Part shown: piece after piece, positions 51,867 through 63,825 of the stretch
How positions within the stretch are numbered: position 1 is the first letter of the stretch
Layout of the letters: every line of letters starts with the position of its first letter
Assembly (NCBI RefSeq): GCF_006345805.1
Contig: NC_043002.1
Location: forward strand, 68,510,001 to 68,574,000
Source of the DNA: Octopus sinensis
Taxonomy: Eukaryota
Length of the DNA stretch: 64,000 nt
Reading direction: 5' to 3'
Translations under genes and position numbers: made by a program
The notes under the pieces: model-generated
Database searches by the model: none
What the model saw: only the letters and a program-made list of their open reading frames with translations
What the model was told of the DNA's origin: nothing

Positions 51867-52119
51867 AGAGAGAGAGAGAGATGTGTGTATGTAAAATTGA
51901 CCTAAGACTAAATATTTAAATAAAGCAACGAAAAACAGACCCAAAAAATGCCGAATAATTGTTTTATAAAGTGGAAAAATCTAAAAAATACGAAAATGAA
52001 AAACATTACTACATGGTTGTTATTTTTTCTTTAAATCATATTAATAATAAAATTAATGTATTTAAATATGCACCTCTCTCACATATATATGTGGGCATGT
52101 GCTTATATATATATATAAG

Positions 52120-52166
<47 letters not shown>

Positions 52167-52759
52167 AATATTGCCGTCCCCTGCAGGGATAAGCGATAAG
52201 CTATATTGTCACATGCGTGACAAGATTTGTTTATCAGTGTAGAAATGGAGAAATGTGATGAATCGTAAAAGACGAATCGACGAATCTCTACATCTATTTA
52301 AAAATAATAATATCACAACACAACTGCAAGAAGGATTCTCAGCTAAAATAAAGTGGGGAATCAAAATCCATGCTGCTACTGTAAGCAGAAAATATCTCTT
52401 GGTTTTATACTTTAACCCATACATTTCGTTTTAAGCATTTAATCATGGCTTTAGGTGTGTTTAAAACAAAATATAAATGTAAAATACAACTAGTTTTCAA
52501 TTATTTGAAGGTGTTAAATAAAAATAAGCATCTTTAAAAGATAAGGCTTGGTGAAGGACTTTTATTTAGTTATTAATATATAATGAGAATTCATTATTCA
52601 TTTCTTAGGTAAACAATTAGGAAATGTTGTTGCTTTTAGATGCTTAAGGGTGAAAAAAAAAGGTGAGTTGATAAGTAGGTGACAAAGCATAAATGATCTG
52701 TGGAGAGATGTGATATATGTACATAAACAAATAAAGAATTAGGAAGTTTTAGAACTTAC

Positions 52760-52919
52760 CACAACTAGAGAATCCGTAATAAGGAGACTCAGAGGCACCA
52801 TCATCCATCCCGTTGAGTAATTCTTCCTTACCGACATCGCTGTCTCCAACGAGCAAGAATTTCAACAGATAATCATAAGGTTTGGTAGCCAAAATCCGAG
52901 GTGAATTGGCAGCACACAT
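52760..52919 (-). CDS. Rab40: Rab40 small GTPase, first coding exon ([54 protein letters not shown])
   Basis: Manual translation gives [17 protein letters not shown] plus DG..ESPY, the Rab40-type N-terminus and P-loop. ATG at 52919-52917; 160 nt; ends in phase 1 at a G|GTAAGT donor (52759). Confidence 0.93.
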
Positions 52920-54200
52920 TTCTCCTTCTTGTAGCTATTTATTTTTTAATTGCTTATTTAATTCCTTTACGTGTGCCAGATCGTCCGTTATTGAAACGCA
53001 CGACTGTTTATTAAGTCTTATCCCACATCAAGTATTTTGCCAGAAATTCGGCCGATTATCCATGGGCGATAATAAAAAGTAAAAAGTGCTGGACAATCTG
53101 ACAAATGATGACAAAATAAACGACGTGAAAGCAGAGAACGGCGGTAAAAGATGGATACAGGCGTATGCAAAATAATCAAAATGAGGATTATAAATGATGT
53201 AGCATACGGAATATTCGTAGTATTATTCAATATCTCGACAGGTTGCATGTAAATAACGGTAACGATGTTAAAAAGACAATAAACAAATCAGTACATCACG
53301 ATGAATTAATGCATAGCAAGAACTCACTTACAACGGCGCATGGCGGAAGTCACGACATAGATTTACAAGCTCTACTGCTGTAATACTGCTGCTGCTGCTG
53401 ATGGAGAAGCTACGGAATAACATGCGGGATAACTTTTATACGATTTTCTTTATCACGTACAAAACATCGTATTTCTTTAATTAAGCATTTTAGTTTCATT
53501 TTCGGTAACATTTATTACATAAATATAGAAAAGAAGAAAAATACAACCCCCAAACCCCAATTCTTCTATTTAGAATTTCTCTTCTTTCATGGTTTCATTG
53601 AATATAGAATATCTTTGAGAAAAGTAATATATATATTTTTTCTTTTCCTGGTTTCAATGACTGGACAGCGGATGCGTTGGGACACCGTCTTCGTGGATCT
53701 TGCTTCAAACCCACGCTATCCTGTCTCTACTGGAAGTACAGTAATACTGCATTCTTTGTGCCTTCTATTTTAAGCTTATGCACTTCCTTTCACGTACCGT
53801 TACAGGTCAGTAAACCGAAGGTCTTGGTGAACATGCATGGATATATATTATATATATATATCCTAATTTAGACTCCGAAACATAAATTTTCAAAATTAAA
53901 AATAACCTGTCTGATAATCGCGCATGCGTGGATTCGCGGACGCGCGAAAACATGTTTTACGAAAGGCGTTCCAACTGTGACTATCTCGTCTTTTAAAGCC
54001 CAAATCTCCCTCATGTCATACACTACCAACTTTCTGATAATGCTGTCTGGATTACGCTGCTTAAAAAAATGAAAAGTAGGATGGTTGTAGATGGAGTAAC
54101 TTCGATCGTAGTTCTACAGGATCAAATCTGACTTGAGGCTAAACAACAATAACGGATATGTGTGTGTGCGCGCACCACTGTCACCCAATATACTAGAAAT
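52920..54200. promoter_or_regulatory. CpG-rich promoter / 5' region of Rab40, possibly bidirectional
   Basis: Visible CpG enrichment against the AT-rich background, directly upstream of exon 1. ETS-like CGGAAGT (53344-53350) overlaps a YY1-like ATGGCGG. NRF1-like GCGCATGCG at 53920-53928. Confidence 0.6.
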
Positions 54201-54249
54201 AGCAGCTACATTTGTCGAAACAAACTCGTTGTTAAAATGAGCAAGCGTT

Positions 54250-55640
54250 TGTTTAAAAATAATGATGACCTTATTCTATACAATGCCCAAGTGCGGTACA
54301 ACTCGTTGGAAAAGGGTAAAAGAGGGGACAGAAAGCAGCAGTAAATCAAATAAAGACGACGATGAAAGCCAAAAGTATATGCACAATACACAGAATAAGA
54401 CAAAGTAAACAGTAAAAGAGCCATAAAGAGGAGGGGGCGCATAGGCACGTCAAGAGTTTTAGGGAAACATGGAATTTTTGAAGGATGCAATGTTCTGACA
54501 GTTAACAATGACATAGGTAGTTTATTCCACGCTTCAACAATTCTAAGCATGAAAAAATGTTTCCCAAAGTCATGAGTGCAGCACTATTTTTAAAAAATTT
54601 ATAAGCTTGTCCTTAGATGGTAGAGATATTGAATTTAAAAACATAGTGAAAATTGTTATTGGAAAGATGTTGGATAATCATATGAACTTCTACTGTGTCA
54701 GCTCCCAGACATCAAAGCTTTAGTGTGTCTGTCAATGCTCAGAAAAGTAAGACATTAAAGATATGATAAATGACTGATGGGTATTCATCCATTCATCTGG
54801 TTGCTCATCTCTGAACAACTTCCAGTAGATTGAGTTTTCTGGATATCAGAATTCCAGATTGGAAATGCAAACTGGGGGACATACCATAGCTATATATAAT
54901 TTTAAATAGACAGCTGGTGAGTAGTTAACAAAGCCATTATTGAGATCTAAGACATCTTTGACTTTTTAGATGAATTTACAAATGTAGCTCATCCAACATA
55001 GATCATTGTTGACAATAATACTTTGGTCACAGGGTAAATTCTGGGCTTTTCCTCCCAAAACATATAGTAGTTTGAGTTGCAAGCTAGCAGTTCACTGCTG
55101 CATTATGCCCAGGTCAGACTGCAGGAAAGATCTTTAGCATGTAAGATCTATTCTCTTTTGATCTCAAGATACTGCAGAATATCATTTGCATATTCTAATA
55201 GAGCAACATGCTTCAGTTTGGTTTATATTTCATTAATATATGCAACAAACAACACGAGGCCAAAAACAAATCCTTGTGAGAGTCCGGATATCATTGCATA
55301 GGGTAAAGAATGTTCTCTTAGTATCATGACTTCTTATTGACTGAAAATAAGGGACTTCAATCTGTTATAAAGATTAGCTTCACTATAAGTTGTTTATGTG
55401 ACACAGAATTAAAGGTTTTGGTGAAGTCAAGATAGACAACATCTACCCTTGAGCAGCCATCTGTAATTTGGGTGATTAGCAGAATCCATTTTGTTGCAAA
55501 CACTTGAGCTAGGTTTCTGGTCTGAGGTTAACTTCTCACCTTCCCACCAGTTTTGGAGAGACTGCAAAAAAACCATGGGTACTGCCCTTATTCCATTAAC
55601 TTCTCATCTTCCTCTTTGCATTTTACAATCACTTATACTT
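54250..55640 (-). mobile_element. CR1-group LINE, degenerate RT domain to 3' end
   Basis: Motifs in the expected order: VDVVYLDFTKTFNSVSH, SGLSQGFVFGLVLFVAYINE, LEYANDI (YADD equivalent), LLEVVQR*ATR, FFMLRIVEAWNKLP. Confidence 0.88.
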
Positions 55641-56272
55641 TCATGGGTTTTCTGAGTCAGCTTTTATAGCTAGATGCCTTTCCTATCACCAACAATTTTA
55701 GCAATGTCCTTCAATTTGCAGGGAAGTGGTTACATCTTTTCTAAAACTGGGATACACATGGTAATTTATCTAAGTCATAAAAAAAATTGAAAAGTAATCT
55801 TAAACTCTATTACTGTCATCTAATACCTTTCTTCCTGATGATAGAGTTTCCAAGAAATAGCAGCCAAACTTCCTTCAAATTGTACTCTACTCTCTTAAAA
55901 AAAACTCAGCACAATGGATAATGTAGTCTAGGATAGATTGCTTGGAAAAAAAAGATGAGATGCTCATGGTTGGAGTGTATTTGATCATAGGTTTGCTCAA
56001 TCAGGGTCAACTTGGGATTAAAGAACACTATTAAAATTGTCTTCTTATAAAACAAGAACTTAATCCATTTTATAAGGTTTAAGAGGGGAGGTTTCTCATG
56101 AGAAATTAGTTTCATGCAATTTATCTTTGCAATAAGTAAATGTTACTTTTTAGTGCTATTAAATCTTATAAAATTGTCAAAGTACCGTTACTAGTAACAG
56201 TGAATTACTTCATGGAGGGATGAAATGTCTATATAGTGGGTGATGATGACGTTTGCCAGAGATTAAATATAT

Positions 56273-56499
56273 TTAACCCTTTAGCATTCAAATTATTCTG
56301 TTAGATGTAATGCTTATTTAAACAATTGTTTTGAATTAATCATGCATTATTTTGTAGCTTTGAGCTTTTTATGATGGAATAATTTATTTTTAGATTAACA
56401 TTGTAGGATAGGCGTGAGGGGCCAGATCTAGCCAGTTCCAATAGAAAGCAGGTAGGATATTTTAGCCAGATATGGCCAGTTTAAACACTAAAGGGTTAA
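56273..56499 (+). mobile_element. MITE family D
   Basis: TTAACCCTTTAG ... CTAAAGGGTTAA ends. Confidence 0.85.
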
Positions 56500-56751
56500 A
56501 AGATAGAGAAGACTGGTCAGTGATTTGTAGTGATTGACATAAAAGTTATTATTGGAGAAGAGAAAGATTCTGGAGTTGGTAGAGAAGAGAATTGATATGG
56601 CACTATTAATATAAATGGATATTGTTCAGTCTCTTCTCAATCTATATGATTACTTCTATGCATTGAAGAAAGACTTTGGTCATAAGAATTGATTACTACA
56701 TTTTCTCTGATATATTTTTTCCAGCATAGAAAAACTTTATATCTAACTATA

Positions 56752-57015
56752 AGAATAAAAAATAAACGCGCCCTTTTAAAGCCTAGCCAGGCTCATGGGC
56801 CTGGTTTCCTGGTTTCAATGGCATATGTGTTCCCCAACTGGACAGGACACCAGTCCATCGCAGCGTTATTCATTTTTGCCAGCTGAGTGGACTGGAGCAA
56901 CGTGAAATGAAGTGTTTTGCTCAAGAACACAATACATCGCCCGGTCCAGGAATTGAAACCACAGTTTTACGATCATGATGCTGACACCCTAACCACTAAG
57001 CCACACACCTCCACA
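56752..57015 (-). mobile_element. SINE group F with target-site duplication
   Basis: 12-bp TSD TATCTAACTATA at 56740-56751 and 57016-57027; head tgtggaggtgtgtggcttagtggttaggg. Confidence 0.9.
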
Positions 57016-57472
57016 TATCTAACTATACTTGTTGATAAATGTTAATTCTTTTGACACCAAACCTGCCTCAGACTGCTCTCTAGATCTCTGATGAAAACTT
57101 TTCATTTTAAAGTGATCTATATTAAAGCATTCCATAAAAACTTTTTATTTATTTACATTTCAAGCACCAATTTAATAATGACTAAGTAATTGTACAAAAT
57201 TCTTCATTGTTTTCAAAATTAATTAAAACAAAGACAGTGTATTTCAGCTGAAAGATGGTAACAAAAAAGTTCAACAATAATGATAATAGTTATCGTGTCT
57301 AAGACTTTGTTAATATCAAACACAAACACTTAAGTTTTCTTATGGATTTCTGAGGTGAGAAATAGGCTTGATGCTTAGCAGTATATACTGAGATACTTTA
57401 CGTTACCAAACAAGTAGATCAATAGAATATATAATTGGAAAATATTGAGTCTGATGTAAAATATACATGAAA

Positions 57473-58050
57473 TTTACCCATTTAGCATTCAGATTACTCT
57501 GTCACATGTAATACTCTCTTTACTCTCTTTTACTTATTTCAGTTATTTGACTGCGGCCATGCTGGAGCACCATCTTTAGTTGAGGAAATCAACCCCAGGA
57601 CTTATTCTTTGTAAGCCTAGTACTTATTCTATCGGTCTCTTTTGCCAAACCACTAAGTTATGGGGATGTAACCACACCAGCATCAGTTGTCAAGTGATGT
57701 TGGGGGGGGACAAACACATATATATATATACAGTGGCTTCTTTCAGTTTCTGTCTACCAAATCCACTCACAAGGCTTTAGTCGGCCCGAGGTTATAGTAG
57801 AAGACACTTGCCCAAGGTGCCATGCAGTGGGACTGAACCCGAAACCATGTGGTTGGTAAGCAAGCTACTTACCACACACCCACTCCTGCGTATTTATTAA
57901 CAATGTTTTGAATTGATCCTCTTGTTAGCCTTGAGATTTTGATGATGTATTTTTAAGATTAACATTGTGGGCTAGGAGCGAGAAGCCAGATTTGGCCAGT
58001 TTGAACATAAAACAGGTAGAATATATGGGCTGGATTGGCTGGTTTAAATG
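57473..58050 (+). mobile_element. MITE family D split by a minus-strand SINE group A (about 57515-57890)
   Basis: The MITE body stops at gtcacatgtaat and resumes at tatttattaacaatgtttg. Confidence 0.8.
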
Positions 58051-58177
58051 AATGTTATATCATGATGTAATCTGGAGGACAGCAGCATCCATGCCCATAA
58101 TTTTAAATCCTACAAATCCTCCATCACAAGGAAAAACCATCTGAGAGACATGTATATATGTATGTGTGTGTGTGTAT

Positions 58178-58565
58178 ACTAGAAATAGCAGCCAAATCTC
58201 TCGAAAATCACACCTATTATCTTCAAAAAGAACATAGTTTTGAGTTTCCTGCACAAAGGGAAAAGAACAGGGAAAGTCACAGCTGGAATGTTGTTGATCA
58301 TAGGCCTGCTTAATTAGGGCTAACCTGGGGTTAATGAACAGCACTTCAAATTTATGAGTGACTACTTCCTTCCACTGTAAAGATGTTGGTGGTCTTTGAT
58401 CAAAAGTTTGCTGGATCAAAACTGAACTGAGGATGAACAACGACCAATAAATGAGGAATTCTCTACACAGACACTTGATCTGCTAGAAATAGCAGCCAAA
58501 TCATTTCTGGAATGCCTCTTATTATAGTGGTCCATTGGATCAAGGCTGACAGTAGTAACAACAGA
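58178..58565. mobile_element. Cluster of group G repeats (ctagaaatagcagccaaatc ... tttgatcatagg ... CAA tail), including an inverted fragment
   Basis: The same motif recurs near 13800, 16130, 50770 (-), 51300, 54000 and 55855; class not identified. Confidence 0.6.
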
Positions 58566-58707
58566 TACAAATAATGTAATTTGTTAAAATCCAAATTTCA
58601 TACAGATAGTGTAACTCTCCACTTGGAGGTTTATCTCTATTTCTAGAAGGTCAGTGACTACATAGGAGGTTCTTCGTTTGCTAAAATTAGTCTGTTGCTA
58701 GTTATTA

Positions 58708-58934
58708 TTAACCCTTTCAATACCAACCCAACTGAAACCAGCTCAGGCTCTGAGTACAAATGTCTTGTTTTCATAAGTTTTAAATTAAAATCTTCCATCA
58801 AACATTTGTCACAAATTATGTTCCTAACACTAGCTTAGTTATAACTAAGTTATTTTACTAAATTCTTTGTTATATTTAAAATTAATTGAAAGAAACACAG
58901 AGCATCTCAACAGAAATAGTAACAAAAGGGTTAA
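58708..58934 (+). mobile_element. Second TTAA-type MITE, family E
   Basis: TTAACCCTTT...AAAAGGGTTAA ends. Body shared with 62375-62851 and with partial copies near 21460, 46277 and 57040. Confidence 0.85.
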
Positions 58935-59009
58935 TGGTCAATTCCAGGTCAGCTAAATGACTAAGGCATTCCATTCATGGCCATCCCTTTTTAAAAAAAT
59001 TTTCAGGCA

Positions 59010-59305
59010 AATTGTGCTGGCATCACATGAGAAGCATCTGTGCTGGTGCCATGTAAATGCACCTGTGCCAGCACCATGCAAAAGCACCCACACCAGTGCC
59101 ACATAAAAAAATGCACCTTTGTTAGTGCTATGTAAAAAGCACCCAGTAAACTCTATAAATTGGTTGACATTGGGAAGGGCATCTAGCCATGAAATCCATG
59201 CCAAAACTAATGACTGGAGCCTGGCGTTGCCTTCCGGCTAACTAGCTCCTGTCAAACTATCCAACACATGCCAGCATGGAAAATGGATGTTAAATGATGA
59301 TGACA
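59010..59305 (+). mobile_element. RTE 3'-UTR repeat (group C)
   Basis: 26-bp units, core and (GAT)n tail. Confidence 0.75.
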
Positions 59306-59859
59306 CCAGAATGGCTTGCTAGTAACATCACTTTTTTCCAAAATCATGGATTATATTTTCTTTCTCATAAGGAGAATTTGATAAGAAAATCATAGACACA
59401 GCTGTGGCTTTGTGATTAAGCTTGCTTCCCAGCCTTGTAGTCTTGGGTTCAATCCCATTACAAAGCAATTTGGGCAAATATCTTGTATGGTAGCCCCAAG
59501 CTGACCAAAACCATGTATTATTTTTACATAATGATATTATCTTTTATTTGTTTCAGGCATTATGGTGACCTTGCTGGAGCACCACCTAGAAAAATTTTAG
59601 TTGAATGAATCAAACCCAATACTTCTTTTTTAAGACTGGTACTTAATCTATTGATCTCTTTTGCTGAAATGCTAAGTCATGGGGATGTAAACACACTAGC
59701 ACTAGTTGTCAAGTGGTGATGGAGGACAAACAGAGACACAAACATGCATATATATATACACACACACACTAGCAGAGATACCTGGCATTGCCTGTGACAC
59801 ATGGAATTGAAGAATTAGGCTTTTCTTTTATATTTTCTCTAATGAACTGGAATACTTAT

Positions 59860-61611
59860 GATTTGAATTTCATCAAAATTGGAGATTAAGAATTTTATTG
59901 GGAGCTCTTTTCCGCTTTACACACCCTAACAAAAATTATAATCATGACATATTTATCCCATACTACTCATCTTTATGCCCAAATTCCAAAATCCAAATCT
60001 TATAAAACCCATTCAAAGATTTTTACTCCTGAAAAATAGAGCACATTGAGCTCTAAAATGTGGGAGTTAAGGCCGCTATTAAGGGGGTCTTAAAGTCGAC
60101 CATAGAAGTTGAATTGTTGGAAATCTTCTTTAATTTGTGTCATATCTATTGTTCAATTTTCTTTGAAATTGGAAATATATGAATGTTCATTGGGTTTGTA
60201 AAACAGAGCAAAGCTAGAGGAAACCAAAAGATGAATGATCACAATAAGCAGTCAGTTACCCTATCCTAGTTGTTACCACTCTCCAATGTAGGTTTCCTCA
60301 CCATACAGGTGAACAGCACAGCCATAAGATGCATTGTGGATCTATAGCAATTGGAAGGGCGTGACCCAACTCAAATAAACATTAACAACTGTGTGACGTG
60401 AGGGCTAAGGGGAAATGAAAGTGTCACCTTTGGAGTTTGCCAATGATCACTATGCCAATAGGTAACTGAACAGAATAAATTTGCAATCTATAAATCTCTT
60501 TGAATGACCTATCACTTATCAGGAAAGGCCTTGAATGTTACCAACTGGGGACTATCTCTGACTCAGTGATAATAAAATGACTCAAAGGAGGTCTGCAACC
60601 GAATAACTTTACTCAAAATAACACTTTGCAACTGAATCAGTGGAGGCAAGGATGCCTCTCCTTTACTCGACAATTTATGCACCACATTGCAGAAATCACA
60701 ATATAAGTATATCTCAAAGCAAACTCTTACACTTATACCACTGAATTACAAACAACGCTTATATTGTATCCTTGGGTGACTCTACGGCTTCCAAGACTAC
60801 AATTGTATTCATCTTGGCTTAGGAAAAATGACTAAATTGTGAGGGTTAAGTCCCTATTAAGGGGTCTTACTAACCTCCAAAGAAGTTGAAATTTTAGGAA
60901 TATTACTTCATTTGTGTCTAATATCTATGGTTAAAATTTCATCAACAGCAAAAATATATGAATTTTCATGGGGATTATGGCCTCATTTATGCCCCCTCAC
61001 TTTCTAATATGTACTGCATTATATCTACCCTTATGCAAAGAATATAATTTCCAAATTTCATAAAGATCCATTCAGTACTTTTGACTTTGTTTTGGATCAT
61101 AAAAAAATTAATATTTGGGAATACTTCTTGTTTTGTGTTAATTACCTATAGTTGAAATTTCATCAACATTGGAAATTTATGAATTTTCATGGGGGGTTCT
61201 GCCCCCTTAAATTCAAACCAAACATACTACATTATACCTGCCCTTATGCATTAAATCTATGTTCCAAATATCATAAGGATCCATTCAGTAATTTTGGTCC
61301 ATGAAAAATGACTAAAATTTGAGAGTTAAGCCCCCATTAGGGGGTCTTAGAATCATCCAAAGAAATGGAAATTTTGGGCATATTTTTTAATTTATTTCTA
61401 ATACCTATCAAAATCCGAATCATGTGAATTTTCATGGGGGAAGGGGGTTCTACCCCTCCTTTACACCCCCTCAAAATTGTATGAAATATACGGCATTACT
61501 CTTCTCCCTAGGCTTGGATTTTGTGTTCCAAATTTCTTTAGGATCAGTCCAGTAGTTTTTGAGTCTATAAGTAACATACGAACACACATAAAGACATAAA
61601 CTTTATGTAAC
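59860..61611 (+). repeat. Diverged 220-260-bp tandem array, possible Helentron/Helitron-type non-autonomous element
   Basis: Recurrent aagggggtctta, gaattttcatgggg and ccaaatttcataaagatccattcagta blocks; ends in an ACAT/ACAC-rich terminus. Confidence 0.6.
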
Positions 61612-62064
61612 TTTGTTGAGATATACCACAAGGCATCAATATAGATCCACTGAAATTGCTGAAAATTATGCAGGGCTTAATATAGAGCATAATGGGTGAG
61701 ATTAGGAAGATAAGTGAATGCATAGTATGAATATTAGTTTGGGTAGAACAATTTGTGAAGAAAATATGAAAACATAGAGAAGTGTTTTAGAAAATATTTA
61801 TTGGAACAGTTAAAACAATAAATAAGAATATCACAGACATCCAAAAGGCAAGAGAGCCTGGAAGGGTGGATTTATATGATTCAGTCGTGTGTGTGTATGA
61901 GTGTGTCCGGTAGACTTGCTTGGTTAATGGAATTATCAGGCAGTTACTTTGCCATTTTCATCTGATTTCTGGGTCTTTTTTGTCCTCATAGACTTCTGAC
62001 GATGAGTTTCTATTTCAACAACCTAGAAAAGTTATTGATAAAAATACAAAAATATTAAATATTA

Positions 62065-62285
62065 GTTTCAGATTTTGGCACAAGGCCAGCAATTTTGGAG
62101 AGGGGTTGAGTTCATTACATTGATCCCTAGTGCTCCATTCACCCTGAAAGTGCTCCTTCCATCCTGAAAGGACAAAAGGCAAAGTTGACCACAGTGGAAT
62201 TTGAATTTAGAATGTAAAGACAGACAAAATGTCACTAAGCATTTACCCCAGTGTCCTAACAATTCTGCCAGCTTGCCACCTTAAA
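62065..62285 (-). mobile_element. SINE group B
   Basis: Reverse group B body. Confidence 0.8.
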
Positions 62286-62374
62286 GAATATCAAATATGG
62301 AAGTTAAATATCAACACCAGTACCTCATACAATATAACAGACACATAACGATTTTCCTATAAACCTTTCTATAA

Positions 62375-62851
62375 TTAACCCCTTTGGTACCAACCTGGCT
62401 GAAACCACCTCTGGCTCTATAGTACAAATGTCTGGTTTTCATAAGTTTTGAATTAAAATCTTGCACTAAAAATTAGTGTGGAGGTGCGTGGCTTAGTGGT
62501 TAGGGTGTCAGCATCATAATCGTAAGATTGTGGTTTTGATTCCTGGACCGGGCAACGCGTTGTGTTCTTGAGTAAAACACTTCATTTCATGTTGCTCCAG
62601 TTCACTCAGCTGTGTTAGAGTGGCGCCCCATCCAGCTAAGGAACACATACGCCATGGAAACTGGGCCCATGAGCCTGGCTAGGCTTTAAAAGGGCGCATT
62701 TATTTTATTTTACCAAATCTTAGTCACAATTTATGTCCCTAACACTAGTTTAATGATAACTAAGTTATTCTACTAAATTCTTTGCTATATTTAAAATTAA
62801 TTGAAAGAAACACAGAGCATCTCAAAATAAATATAGTAACAAAAGGATTAA
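62375..62851 (+). mobile_element. MITE family E split by a SINE group F copy (62477-62711)
   Basis: The MITE body is interrupted at aaatcttgcactaaaaattag and resumes at accaaatcttagtcacaatttatg. Confidence 0.85.
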
Positions 62852-63509
62852 AAAGAAAAAGAATACAAGGCAGAAAAACTATATGGCTTAGTCAGAAGAG
62901 GAAGTGTAACAATTTTGTGGGGCTTTAGAGGGTGGGACAAAGGAGAAGAGAGGAAGTTATGCTCAGCCTAGATATCCAGCTTGAATACCTGCAACAGAAT
63001 GAACCCTCCTAAGGGTACCCAAGGGCTAAGTGGTGGTACAAAACTGGGTGATGGATTTGGTTTACCACCCACCCATGGTTATGGGGGAAAAGGTATCTAA
63101 AAGTTCACATTGGCATTATTAGCGAAAGTAATTGTTATGGCAATGACATTCAAGTAAACAATACAGTTTTGAAGCAGGTCTGTCACTGAAGCATGACAAA
63201 TAAGTAATTGGAAATGGGAATGATTAAATAAATATAAGAAAACTCACATGTTTTACTTGATTTTCAGCTAATCTTCTCATCTCTTGTCCAAGTTTACGAG
63301 AGTCTGGGAGATCCTGAATTATAACAATATTGTAGTAAAATAGGTGCTAAAATACTGGAATGTAATGAGCTAAGAAATTAAAATTATTAGGTTGGAAACA
63401 AAGTCCTGTTGCATTTTTTAAACAATCACTTTGAGGATACTTTTTAAAAAATATTTATAGTAAAATAAGCATTAATTTTTACATTCTAATGTAATCATTC
63501 GTGCGTGAT

Positions 63510-63825
63510 TGTTACCAGCGTTGCCTTACTGGCACATGAAAAAAACACTCGAGCGAGGTCGTTGTTAGTGCAGGTGGCACATAAAAAACACCATTTGAGC
63601 ATGGCTGTTGCCAGTACTGCCTGACTGGCCCTTGTGCCAGTGTCATGTAAAAGCACCCACTATACTCTCGGAGTGGTTGGCATTAGGAAGGGCATCCAGC
63701 TGTAGAAACTCTGCCAGATCAGATTGGAGCCTGGTGCAGCCATCTGGTTCGCCAGTCCTCAGTCAAATCGTCCAACCCATGCTAGCATGGAAAGTGGACG
63801 TTAAATGATGATGATGATGATGAAT
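63510..63825 (+). mobile_element. RTE 3'-UTR repeat (group C), same subfamily as 19921-20300
   Basis: Near-identical sequence, also seen as near-identical translations in the ORF track. Confidence 0.85.

Noticed and set aside
61992-62060. Plus-strand exon (TSDDEFLFQQPRK...) or CTGACGA hammerhead core
   Set aside because: The acceptor is reasonable but there is no good donor, and the hammerhead stems do not pair. Neither reading is supportable.
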